Part shown: positions 16,425-24,855 of the stretch, piece by piece | Numbering within the stretch: the stretch's first letter is position 1 | Layout: each line of letters opens with the position of its first letter | Assembly: GCF_000009705.1 (NCBI RefSeq) | Contig: NC_003272.1 | Span: 270,001-302,000 of the forward strand | DNA length: 32,000 bases | Direction: 5' to 3' | Source: Nostoc sp. PCC 7120 = FACHB-418 | GTDB taxonomy: Bacteria > Cyanobacteriota > Cyanobacteriia > Cyanobacteriales > Nostocaceae | Notes under the pieces: generated by a model | Told to the model about the DNA's origin: nothing | The model's database searches: none | The model's input: the letters and a program-made list of their open reading frames with translations, nothing else | Position numbers and translations under genes: made by a program

Positions 16425-17651
16425 ATGCCAGAAACGCAAAGCTTTTCCAAGAGAATAGATAATTCGCTTAATACATCTTTTGCAAGATCAGCATCTTTGG
16501 TATCAAGTGCTTATGTAAGTGATTTAAATACGGATCTACCATCATCTAGTAGTTCTGCAACAACACAAGTAGACTTGCCAATTTCCATTCCTGGTTTGAG
16601 TGCTAACCCAAATCCTAATCCTTACTTAACTAGCGCAGCGATTTCACCTGATTTCAACGGCGATGGTAAGGCAGATAAAATTTGGGTTAATACTCAAACA
16701 GGTGAGATTAGAGTGAGGTTGATGAACGGAACAGTCACTCAAGAAGAAGCTTCTCTAGGAACATTTGACCTGAGCGTCTGGACTTATAAAATCGCTGACT
16801 TTAACAGTGATGGCAAGACTGACTTCCTGTTACGGAACAATGCAACAGGTGAGAATGCGATCGCGATCATGGATGGAGCTAGAGTTGCTAACTTTGTTTA
16901 TCTAGACAAAGTTGATCCAGGTTGGAATGCTAGCATCGGTGATTTTAACGGCGATCGCAAAACCGACATCCACTGGAATAATACTCAAACAGGTGAAAAT
17001 GCGATTTGGCTGATGGATGGCACAACCGTTGTCAGTGCCAATGTTCTGGATACCACAACCCCAGGGTTGACTGCCACTATTGTTGACTTCGACGGAAACG
17101 GTAAGAGTGATGTCTTCTGGCGAGATACAACCACGGGTGCAAACTCCGTTTGGTTTATGGATGGTATCCAAGCTACCAAGTACGATCTACAAGCACAAGA
17201 CGCATCTTGGACTTACAGCCTTGGCGATTTCAACGGTGACTTCACTACCGATCTTCTCTGGCGTAATACCGTCACCGGCGAAAACAAAATTTGGACAATG
17301 AATGGCATTTTTGTCACTGAAGGTACTTTAAACACCCTCGGTTCTGATTGGACAGCCAGCATTGGTGATTTCAATGGTGATGGCCGCACCGATATCTTCT
17401 GGAACAACACTACAACAGGCGAGAACACTGCTTGGTTGATGAATGGTACATCCGTTACCAGTGAAGCCTTTCTTCCAAGTAGAACTCCAGGTTCTAAGGC
17501 ATATATTGGCGATTATAACAGCGATGGTAAGTCTGATATTTACTGGCGCGATCAGGCAACCGGTACAGATGCCATTTGGACCATGGATGGTACCTTGGCT
17601 ACTGAAACTCCTGTTACAGATGCTCTGACTCCAGAGTGGTACACAGCTTAG
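16425..17651 (+). CDS. FG-GAP/VCBS-repeat protein, predicted 7-bladed beta-propeller
   Basis: There are seven ~47-aa repeats of the form DFNGDGKTD-x-(F/L/I)W-x-N-x2-TGE-x3-W-x-M(D/N)G. The ~75-aa Ser-rich N-terminus contains no signal peptide. Confidence 0.85.
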   Translation: MPETQSFSKRIDNSLNTSFARSASLVSSAYVSDLNTDLPSSSSSATTQVDLPISIPGLSANPNPNPYLTSAAISPDFNGDGKADKIWVNTQTGEIRVRLMNGTVTQEEASLGTFDLSVWTYKIADFNSDGKTDFLLRNNATGENAIAIMDGARVANFVYLDKVDPGWNASIGDFNGDRKTDIHWNNTQTGENAIWLMDGTTVVSANVLDTTTPGLTATIVDFDGNGKSDVFWRDTTTGANSVWFMDGIQATKYDLQAQDASWTYSLGDFNGDFTTDLLWRNTVTGENKIWTMNGIFVTEGTLNTLGSDWTASIGDFNGDGRTDIFWNNTTTGENTAWLMNGTSVTSEAFLPSRTPGSKAYIGDYNSDGKSDIYWRDQATGTDAIWTMDGTLATETPVTDALTPEWYTA

Positions 17652-17720
17652 GGGTGTAGAGGGGTAGGGGTGTAGGGGTGTAAGGGAGTGAAAAAGCAGG
17701 GGAGCAGGGGAGCAGGGGAG
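17651..17720 (+). repeat. G-rich tandem arrays (GGGGTGTA type x4, then GCAGGGGA x3) abutting the FG-GAP stop codon
   Basis: GGGGTGTAGAGGGGTAGGGGTGTAGGGGTGTAAGGGAG starts on the G of the TAG stop. GCAGGGGAGCAGGGGAGCAGGGGAG lies at 17696-17720. Confidence 0.8.
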
Positions 17721-17776
17721 AAAAACCACCCACAAGAGGCGAGGTTTTAAACCTAACTTTTTCCAATAAAGATTTA

Positions 17777-17821
17777 CCCAATCCCCAATCCCCAGTCCCC
17801 AATCCCCAGTCCCCAGTCCCC
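17777..17821 (-). repeat. STRR heptamer array (CCCCAAT/CCCCAGT on +, GGGGACT/GGGGATT on -), 3 nt from the MBL-gene stop
   Basis: CCCAATCCCCAATCCCCAGTCCCCAATCCCCAGTCCCCAGTCCCC, six units. Confidence 0.85.
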
Positions 17822-17824
17822 TCA

Positions 17825-18592
17825 TTAAAACTTGTAACTCAAAACCTGAACTGTACTAGTTTCAGGTAAATTACCAGAACTAATATTAATACTGTCGCTA
17901 TTACTACGACGCACAGTTACGCCCTGCATTAGTGTGAGAAATTCATCAAGTGGGGCAATATCGCAGGCAGCCGGATCAGCTGCTTGTGTACGGTAATGAG
18001 TAGGAATTACCAGTTTGGGATTTAATACCTCAATTGCTTGCTTTGCTTCTTGAGCATTGTAAGCTTTGTCACTACCACCTACGGGGACTAACAAAACGTC
18101 AGGTCGTCCCATAAGGATTTTTTGCTCAATGGAAATGGGTGCAGCCGCCCCGCCCAAATGTAAGATATTAACTCCACCCTGTGTCCATTTCCAAGCGGTA
18201 TTCATCCCAAATTGTCTACCATTTTTGCGATCGTGGGCTATGGAGATGCCTTGAAATTTTATACCTTTAAAGTCATAAACTCCAGGTTCATATACGAGTT
18301 TAGGATTACCTGGTAACCCATCTACTGCCCCTTCATCTAATAATTGACTACTAATTAATACTAAATCTGCTGTCACTTTTGGTGGACGATAACGTGCTGT
18401 ACAGCCAATCGTCCGAAATGGATTGACCAGAATCCTCGCCCCACCACCAGTAAACAGAAAACTGGTATGACCCAACCACTGCACCGATAAACCGCTAGAT
18501 TGTGCATCGGCTTGGAAGTTTGAACCAAGGGTAGAGACAAAAGCTGTGGCTAATCCCGCCCCAGCATAGCCTAGCAACTGTCGTCTTTTCAT
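17825..18592 (-). CDS. MBL-fold metallo-hydrolase (UlaG-like / Lactamase_B_3 type) with twin-arginine signal peptide
   Basis: The N-terminus MKRRQLLGYAGAGLATAFVSTLGSNFQADA carries the Tat RR motif. VQWLGHTSFLF..ILVNPF is the typical start of the PF13483-type MBL fold. Confidence 0.8.
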   Translation of the reverse strand: MKRRQLLGYAGAGLATAFVSTLGSNFQADAQSSGLSVQWLGHTSFLFTGGGARILVNPFRTIGCTARYRPPKVTADLVLISSQLLDEGAVDGLPGNPKLVYEPGVYDFKGIKFQGISIAHDRKNGRQFGMNTAWKWTQGGVNILHLGGAAAPISIEQKILMGRPDVLLVPVGGSDKAYNAQEAKQAIEVLNPKLVIPTHYRTQAADPAACDIAPLDEFLTLMQGVTVRRSNSDSINISSGNLPETSTVQVLSYKF

Positions 18593-18595
18593 TAA

Positions 18596-19195
18596 TTATT
18601 CTCGTAACTGTAACTGTTCCAGAAAATTCCGTAGTAACTGCTTTCCTAAAGATGTTAAAACACTCTCTGGGTGAAATTGGACTCCTTGAATGTGAGGATA
18701 GTTCCGGTGTCTCACTCCCATAATCGTACCATCATCTACCCAAGCAGTAATTTCTAACACTTCGGGGCAAGTTGGGCGGTCAATTACCAGACTATGATAT
18801 CTGGTAGCAATCATAGGATTCTCTAATCCTTGAAAAACCCCGACCCCAGTGTGAGTTACCTGAGAAGTTTTGCCGTGCATTAACTCTGGAGCAGAGACAA
18901 TATTACCACCAAATACCTGACCAATGCTTTGATGTCCTAAACATACGCCTAAAATTGGCAGGTTAGTACCAAGTTCTTGAATTAAATTCAGAGATATACC
19001 TGCATCTTCTGGACGACCAGGCCCAGGAGAAATGACGATCGCATCAGGATTTAATCCTCGGATCTCATCTAAAGTTATCTTATCGTTGCGAAAAACTTGA
19101 ATATCTGATGCCACGGGAAACTCAGATGCTAGTTCTCCCAAGTACTGCACCAAATTATAAGTAAAGCTGTCGTAATTATCGATGACTATAATCAA
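18596..19195 (-). CDS. Glutamine amidotransferase, anthranilate/aminodeoxychorismate synthase component II (TrpG/PabA)
   Basis: IIVIDNYDSFTYNLVQY, the catalytic GVCLGHQ, and FHPES identify the family. The start is TTG (19193-19195); the nearby ATG is out of frame. Confidence 0.9.
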   Translation of the reverse strand: MIIVIDNYDSFTYNLVQYLGELASEFPVASDIQVFRNDKITLDEIRGLNPDAIVISPGPGRPEDAGISLNLIQELGTNLPILGVCLGHQSIGQVFGGNIVSAPELMHGKTSQVTHTGVGVFQGLENPMIATRYHSLVIDRPTCPEVLEITAWVDDGTIMGVRHRNYPHIQGVQFHPESVLTSLGKQLLRNFLEQLQLRE

Positions 19196-19390
19196 TGCTC
19201 ATAGCTCCTGGTTACTAATCTCACCATGTTTAGTTTTTACCAGATTTGCGCTGCTATAAGCGTCATCGTTACAAATTAGGGACTGGGGATTGGCAAATGA
19301 GGATGAAGACGATGGAATTTTACCCGCTCTTTTTTGGCTTTCGAGTGGGTTTACCTAGATTAATAATAGGGAATTAGTTGGGTGTCAGTG

Positions 19391-19846
19391 CTACAAAGCT
19401 GAGATAATTAAAACTACCAAGGGTGGAAGCAAAAGGGTTGCCGCAACCAGTACTGCTACCAAAGCAGAAACGAGTACTGCACCTGCGGCACAGTCCTTAG
19501 CAATTTTGGCTAACTCGTGGTATGTCTGTTTTACAGTCAAGTCTACAAGAGACTCGATGGCTGTATTTAACAATTCCATTACCAAGACTAAGCCGCTAGT
19601 GATACTAATAATGGCTATTTCTACAGCTTGCAGATGTAAGAAAATGCTTAAAGCGATCGCTAAAGTACAAACACTCACATGAATGCGAAAATTTCGCTGA
19701 GTTTGAAAACTGTAGGTAATTCCAGCCCAGGCATATTTAAAGCTAATCAATAAATTAGTGGCAACTTGCCAAGAAAGTTCCCGTTCTTTCATTACTAGTG
19801 ATGGTAGGCTGTTTTGCGTTGGTGGCGGGGAGATTTGTTGGGACAT
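19391..19846 (-). CDS. dgkA: Diacylglycerol kinase (prokaryotic DgkA family)
   Basis: 151 aa with three TM segments and the motifs FRIH and ELLNTAIE. Confidence 0.85.
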   Translation of the reverse strand: MSQQISPPPTQNSLPSLVMKERELSWQVATNLLISFKYAWAGITYSFQTQRNFRIHVSVCTLAIALSIFLHLQAVEIAIISITSGLVLVMELLNTAIESLVDLTVKQTYHELAKIAKDCAAGAVLVSALVAVLVAATLLLPPLVVLIISAL

Positions 19847-19985
19847 AGGCTTAAAAATACAAACTTGGGATAGGTTCTGTGAGAAATCTTCGCCGATTTT
19901 AATCTGCTATGTGGTTTTAGGCAATTTTCTTTTAAAGTATTATAAAAGCATGGTTAAGGATAAATACTCAGAAAATGACGAAATT

Positions 19986-20540
19986 TTAATAATTAACGTT
20001 TATATTGATACCAATAGCCTCTAGTAATACTACTTGTTGTTGTAGCATTGCTATTAAACTTTCTTCATCAGGGTGATCCCAGCCCAAGAGGTGTAATAAG
20101 CCATGAGCCGTTAACCAAGCTAACTCAGTTGACAAACTATGCTCTTGTTGACCAGCTTGGCGCTGTGCCGTATTGATGGAAACAACAATATCACCTAGAT
20201 ACAAAGGTTCTGCCACCATTTCCGGATTTTGCGGCAAATCTACTTCTAAAGCCGCAAAGGCTAAAACATCTGTAGGTTTGTTTTGCTGACGATATTGGGC
20301 ATTAATCGCTTGGATTTCCGTATCATCTGTTAGCCGCAGTCCGATTTCGTAGCTTGGTGCAGGCGGAAGAGAAGAATCCAGAATTTCTAACCAGCGATGA
20401 AACCAGTCTTGCCAAGTTGCAGGGGAAACCTGGCTATCCATATATCCAGAAGCTTGAGCAGCTTCTGGGAAAGACTCAAAGAAACAGTCTTGTACATCTA
20501 GTTCAACTTGTACCAAATACCCACTCTCCTCACTCAGCAC
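19986..20540 (-). CDS. ybeY: rRNA maturation endoribonuclease YbeY
   Basis: The zinc motif [11 protein letters not shown] and the DVLAF and GDIV blocks are present. The start is GTG. Confidence 0.9.
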   Translation of the reverse strand: MLSEESGYLVQVELDVQDCFFESFPEAAQASGYMDSQVSPATWQDWFHRWLEILDSSLPPAPSYEIGLRLTDDTEIQAINAQYRQQNKPTDVLAFAALEVDLPQNPEMVAEPLYLGDIVVSINTAQRQAGQQEHSLSTELAWLTAHGLLHLLGWDHPDEESLIAMLQQQVVLLEAIGININVNY

Positions 20541-20559
20541 TTTAGGTTTTTGCTTATGA

Positions 20560-20715
20560 TTAGCGAGTTAAGTAAGCAAGCCCTATGAGGACAGATAAAA
20601 GGCCTACGGCTGTCAGCAAAAAATGTTTTGCAGAAGTACCACCCTTACGCACCATATTTCTCATGGCAAGCTTGACGTAGCTGGGTTGGGACTCTGTGGA
20701 AGGAGAATTACTCAT
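20560..20715 (-). CDS. Small (51-aa) single-TM protein, probably the cyanobacteria-specific DUF3285-type family
   Basis: It is not in the track because it is under 60 aa. ATG (20713-20715) gives [51 protein letters not shown], ending at TAA (20560-20562). It is co-directional with ybeY and ends 19 nt upstream of it. Confidence 0.5.
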   Translation of the reverse strand: MSNSPSTESQPSYVKLAMRNMVRKGGTSAKHFLLTAVGLLSVLIGLAYLTR

Positions 20716-20770
20716 AATGAATAAATCGCAAATGCTTTTATATATAAATGTAACAGGTGATGGTTAGGAG

Positions 20771-20850
20771 TGGGGATTGGGGATTGGGGACTGGGGATTG
20801 GGGACTGGGTAAATTTTTCTTCCCTAAACCCCTACACCCTTACACCCCTA
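20771..20850. repeat. STRR heptamer array (TGGGGAT/TGGGGAC x5.5) followed by a CCCTACACC-type array, ending 4 nt from the prfB stop
   Basis: TGGGGATTGGGGATTGGGGACTGGGGATTGGGGACTGGG lies at 20771-20809. CCCTAAACCCCTACACCCTTACACCCCTA lies at 20822-20850. Confidence 0.8.
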
Positions 20851-20854
20851 ATTT

Positions 20855-21977
20855 CTAACTTGCTTCACCTTCTACTATTTGATTCTCTTGACGTAGATAG
20901 GATTGGATGAACATATCCAGTTCACCGTTCATCACGTCAGCGATCGCAGTTGTTTCCACATTAGTACGTAAATCCTTTACCATCTGGTAAGGATGGAATA
21001 CGTAGTTACGAATTTGGTTGCCCCAAGAAGCTTCTACCATATCGCCGCGAATTTGGGCAATTTCTTGAGCTTTTTGCTCTTGAGCAATAACTAACAACTT
21101 GGCTTTAAGCCGGGCGAGAGCTTTTTCCTTGTTTTGTAGCTGGGAACGTTCTTCGGTACAGCGCACAGCAATGCCTGTGGGAAGGTGAACCACGCGCACT
21201 GCTGTTTCTACTTTGTTGACGTTCTGCCCACCTTTACCGCCAGAACGAGTTGTAGTAATTTCCAAATCCTTGTCTGGAATATCCAATTGCACCGTGTTAT
21301 CTAATTGCGGCATGACTTCCACCCCAGCAAAACTAGTTTGCCGCTTGCCGTTGGCGTTGAAAGGTGAAATTCTCACTAAGCGATGAGTGCCGGTTTCTGA
21401 CCGCAAGTAACCATAGGCATAGCGACCAGTAATTTCCAAGGTGGCTGATTTAATTCCCGCCTCATCACCTTCTGACTCTTCTGCTAAAGCTACCTTATAG
21501 CCTTGGTCTTCAGCCCAACGGGTGTACATTCTCAGCAGCATAAATGCCCAATCTTGGGCATCTGTCCCACCAGCACCAGCGTTAATCGTTAATACTGCCC
21601 CTTCCGCATCGTAGGGGCCAGAAAGTAACTGTTGTAATTCCCACTGGTCAAGGTCACGATTGAGCTTAGTGATGGTAGATTCCGCTTCTTGCAATAGTGC
21701 TTCGTCGGTTTCTAACTCTAACAACTCCACCACTGCCCTAGTATCATCTAGATTGGCGTGCCACTGATGATATCTTTCCAGATGGGCTTTGAGGTCATTA
21801 AGTTCTTGCAGCGTTTTCTGGGCTTGGTTTTGGTCATCCCAAAATTCCGGCTGTGCTGCGATTTGTTCTAGGTCTTGAATTTTGGCTTTGAGTGCAGGTA
21901 CGTCAAAGATAGTCCTGGGTTTTACCCAGGCGGCTAGACAACGTTTCGATTTCGCGTTTCAGTTCTAAAACTTCCAT
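20855..21977 (-). CDS. prfB: Peptide chain release factor 2, expressed through a programmed +1 frameshift
   Basis: Frame 0 reads ATG (21975-21977) [24 protein letters not shown], then an in-frame TGA. The +1 frame continues [25 protein letters not shown]... into the 292-aa track ORF, which carries the SPF and GGQ motifs. The total length of 1123 nt equals 24 codons + 1 skipped nt + 350 codons. Confidence 0.95.
21902..21908 (-). other. RF2 autoregulatory +1 frameshift site CTT TGA C
   Basis: On the minus strand the sequence reads CAG GAC TAT CTT TGA C. This is the canonical CUU-UGA-C slippery/stop context, with a weak SD-like AGGA 5 nt upstream. Confidence 0.9.
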
Positions 21978-22043
21978 AAAGCTCGCTCAAAATACAGCGC
22001 TTTGGATGATATTGTATTTGATTTTTTGATTTTAGCGGTAATT

Positions 22044-22107
22044 GGTCACGTCGCTTCGCTCCGAATTCAAAATTCAAAATTCAAAATACCCTACGGGAAG
22101 CGTGACC
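22044..22107. repeat. Heptamer AATTCAA x3 bracketed by the 7-bp inverted repeat GGTCACG / CGTGACC
   Basis: GGTCACG lies at 22044-22050, the AATTCAA units at 22064-22084, and CGTGACC at 22101-22107. A further GC-rich dispersed-repeat-like segment (GGCATCTTGCC...GGGGCTAGAAGCCCGCCCCACAAG) lies at 22149-22192. Confidence 0.5.
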
Positions 22108-22266
22108 TGTCTAAAATAGTGTATAAAAAAAGAGTTTTTGTAGTGTAGGCATCTTGCCAGCACTGGAGGGGCTAGAAGCCCGCCCCACAAGAGAGTTTTA
22201 ATGCAACTTTTAAGGCTTGACACGCCACTACGTATATTTCAAAAATCAAGTATCAGCCCTAATATC

Positions 22267-24747
22267 TCAAGCGATACTTAAATTGACTCGTACAATCATA
22301 TCATTGAAGTCTTGATCACCACCATTTGGTAAATCCTCAAAGCCAAAGACATTGTTTGCCAATAGACGAATATGATCAACCCTATTACGGTTAGCGCCTA
22401 AGAATGGAAAATATACGGCTGGGTCGTTATTGGGATTGTTATCTAAAATTCGCTCTGGTCTACTATTAATAATGATGAATGGTGCAAATAAAGAACCGGG
22501 TTGGAACGTGCCAGTATAGGTTGCAGTTCCTCGGTTATTCACGACCAAATCAATCCCCGGAACACGACCACGAATAGCCGCTTGAGTATAACCAGATTGT
22601 CCAGGGAGAATATCTGCGGAACCATCACCATTAGTGTCAATACCACCATTCTCATCAGTCACCTGATAGAAGCCGATGAAGTTGTTGAAAGCCGCATCTC
22701 TATTAACAACAAAATCAGCTTTTACTAGTTGTGTCACGCCTCGTAAATCAATCAATTCTCCTTGTGCTTGACTTTGTAAATTTACACCTAAAGGTAAAAT
22801 TTGGTTTGTCGTCTGAATCTTGACTACTAAATCTTCAAATCCACTACTATTACCAAATCCGTCTTCCCATCCTAAAGAAAACCCATCTGTTCCTAAGTTG
22901 GTAATTTTTTGGGTTGAGGAATTAGCCAATACTACATTTGAGATAGGTGTGACTCCTGCTAGTACGGCATCCGTACTACTGTTTCTGACTACATAAAACC
23001 TCAAATTATCACCAGAATCAAATTCCAACAAACTGGCTAGATTATTGGGGTTAAATCCATTAGGGTTTTTAGCTATAGCTGAGAAAATTACTCTGGCACG
23101 TTGTAGCGCTGCTTCAGTATAACCTGCTGCACCAGGAGCAATACCATTAATGGTGCCATTAGCATCATCTACTGTAAATACGCTTAATTCATTGGTGAAA
23201 TTGGAATTGCGTTTTGTAAGAGTGACTTGGAGATTTACTTTGTCACTGTTGCCTTTAATTGTAAAAATATCACTGTTAGGGTTCTGAAATAGTGGGATAT
23301 CGTTATCAGTGATGGCAACTGCTACGGGATCTATAATAATGCCATTGTAATTAATATCGTTACTTGTGGAAGTATGGCTAATAGTTTCATTCCCGTCACC
23401 TTCTACTAAGAAATCATCTACTGCTCTTACTGTTACATTTTGCGCTACATTCCAATTTTCGGTAGTGAAGGTCAAAGTTCTGGGATTAGTACGAATTTGT
23501 TGACCATTACGTATATTGATAATGACATCAGATACAGGTTGACTAGTAAGTACTATGGCATAACTATCAGTTGTCCCATCCTCTGTAACTATAGTGTTAT
23601 TACCAGTTTGGGTAATTATGACACCTGCATTATCATCATCGTTGATAGTGCCTTTAGCTGTGGCTGCTGTAGGACTGAGAATTGCACCATTAGTAGGATT
23701 GCTCAAGCTGACGGTAAAGCTTTCGTTTTCTTCAACTAAGAAATCTTGAGTGGTTTCTACAGTAAAAGTTTTCTGGATTTCTCCCTGTTGAAAAGTCAGG
23801 GTTTGGGTTTTGGCTACAAAGTCAGTATTACTAGCCGTGTCTCCTGTGGTTATAGATGTAGATACCGTTACAGTTTGCTGAGTTTGGGTATCTGCTGTAC
23901 GGTTAATGGTGAAGGTAATGCTATTGCCTTCTGTGGCGGAAGAGTTGGTAATGGAGAAAATAGCGGTTGTATAGTCAAAATCATCTGGTGTCAGAGTGTT
24001 GGCTTGGATGTTTCTCAAAATGCCTAACTCTCGCACAATATTATTTATCCTAGCTTTAACAACTGTATCAGCACCGGTCTGCTGCAATTGCAAATCTTGA
24101 AATGTCCGCACTTCAGGGATGCCAGCAACTAAGACTTTATCGTCATTTTTAGTAAAATCTAATACTTCGATTGGTATTTCGGGAACTGCTGCACTGGTGA
24201 GGAAAAATCTGTCTGCACCCGTACCTCCAGTTAATTGGCTACCTCTCCTACCACCGAAGAGTAAATCATCTCCAGCACCGCCAAATAATTGGTCAGTATT
24301 GACTCCACCAATCAGGACATCATCGCCCTCATTACCGTAGAGAATGTTATTCCCTGTACCGTTAGAGACATCTAATAAATCATTCCCAAGTACCCCAGAG
24401 AGGGTATTGTAACCACTGCCATCTAAAACTATCAGGCGATCGCTTCCTTGTCCTCCATCCAGGGTGTTATTTCCACCCTCGACTATAAAAAGCTGATCGT
24501 TATCATCGCCACCTTCTAGTGTATTGAAGCCTAGACTACCCAACGCATATAGATAATCTTCTCCAGCGTCACCTTTGAGGGTATCATTATTGTTGGCAAA
24601 GAGGCGATCGCTACCAGCACCACCCGCTAATAAATTATTCCCTTCACCGTTAGAAGCATCTAGAATATCATCGCCTTCCCAACCAAAAACTTGGTTATCT
24701 TTGTTGGCATATAACTCATCTATACCAGAAGTACCGTTAATAATCAT
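22267..24747 (-). CDS. Large Ca-binding exoprotein: N-terminal RTX repeats + Calx-beta + Ig-like module + two DUF4114 domains
   Basis: 826 aa. RTX nonapeptides occupy aa 1-185 (GGAGSDRLF, GGAGDDLLF, GGTGADRFF). A Calx-beta-like block covers aa 262-352 (ATEGNSITFTI...ENESFTVSLSNP). DUF4114-type ends are WEDGFGNSSGFEDLVVKI and FGFEDLPNGGDQDFNDMIVRV. There is no Sec signal peptide. Confidence 0.85.
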   Translation of the reverse strand: MIINGTSGIDELYANKDNQVFGWEGDDILDASNGEGNNLLAGGAGSDRLFANNNDTLKGDAGEDYLYALGSLGFNTLEGGDDNDQLFIVEGGNNTLDGGQGSDRLIVLDGSGYNTLSGVLGNDLLDVSNGTGNNILYGNEGDDVLIGGVNTDQLFGGAGDDLLFGGRRGSQLTGGTGADRFFLTSAAVPEIPIEVLDFTKNDDKVLVAGIPEVRTFQDLQLQQTGADTVVKARINNIVRELGILRNIQANTLTPDDFDYTTAIFSITNSSATEGNSITFTINRTADTQTQQTVTVSTSITTGDTASNTDFVAKTQTLTFQQGEIQKTFTVETTQDFLVEENESFTVSLSNPTNGAILSPTAATAKGTINDDDNAGVIITQTGNNTIVTEDGTTDSYAIVLTSQPVSDVIINIRNGQQIRTNPRTLTFTTENWNVAQNVTVRAVDDFLVEGDGNETISHTSTSNDINYNGIIIDPVAVAITDNDIPLFQNPNSDIFTIKGNSDKVNLQVTLTKRNSNFTNELSVFTVDDANGTINGIAPGAAGYTEAALQRARVIFSAIAKNPNGFNPNNLASLLEFDSGDNLRFYVVRNSSTDAVLAGVTPISNVVLANSSTQKITNLGTDGFSLGWEDGFGNSSGFEDLVVKIQTTNQILPLGVNLQSQAQGELIDLRGVTQLVKADFVVNRDAAFNNFIGFYQVTDENGGIDTNGDGSADILPGQSGYTQAAIRGRVPGIDLVVNNRGTATYTGTFQPGSLFAPFIIINSRPERILDNNPNNDPAVYFPFLGANRNRVDHIRLLANNVFGFEDLPNGGDQDFNDMIVRVNLSIA

Positions 24748-24855
24748 ATACTATATTTTTTACCTATTTTTTGTATATAAATAGCTCAATTATTGCGGCA
24801 TTAATCAATAATTAATCACCAATAAATATGAACCCATATAACAATTAAAAAATAT

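Noticed and set aside
16902-17628. A cluster of short ORFs on both strands inside the FG-GAP gene (16902..17171, 16985..17179, 17080..17301, 17213..17428, 17443..17628).
   Set aside because: All overlap the strongly supported 7-repeat FG-GAP frame. The periodic repeat structure keeps alternative frames open by chance.
17328-17825. 165-aa and 62-aa minus-strand ORFs (17328..17825, 17614..17802) that translate to GDWGLG-type repeats.
   Set aside because: They are read-throughs of the STRR heptamer arrays and the antisense strand of the FG-GAP gene. Their repeat-derived composition makes them artefacts.
20221-20226. TCCGGA (the DIF1 heterocyst-promoter motif).
   Set aside because: It is a single hexamer inside the ybeY coding sequence with no promoter context, which is expected by chance.
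22501-24784. Plus-strand ORFs (22501.., 23440.., 23746.., 24119.., 24575..) opposite the 826-aa RTX gene. Similar ones (25493.., 26358.., 26901.., 26942.., 27904..) overlap the 1027-aa gene.
   Set aside because: They are antisense or alternative-frame ORFs within long, motif-rich CDSs, and no independent evidence supports them.
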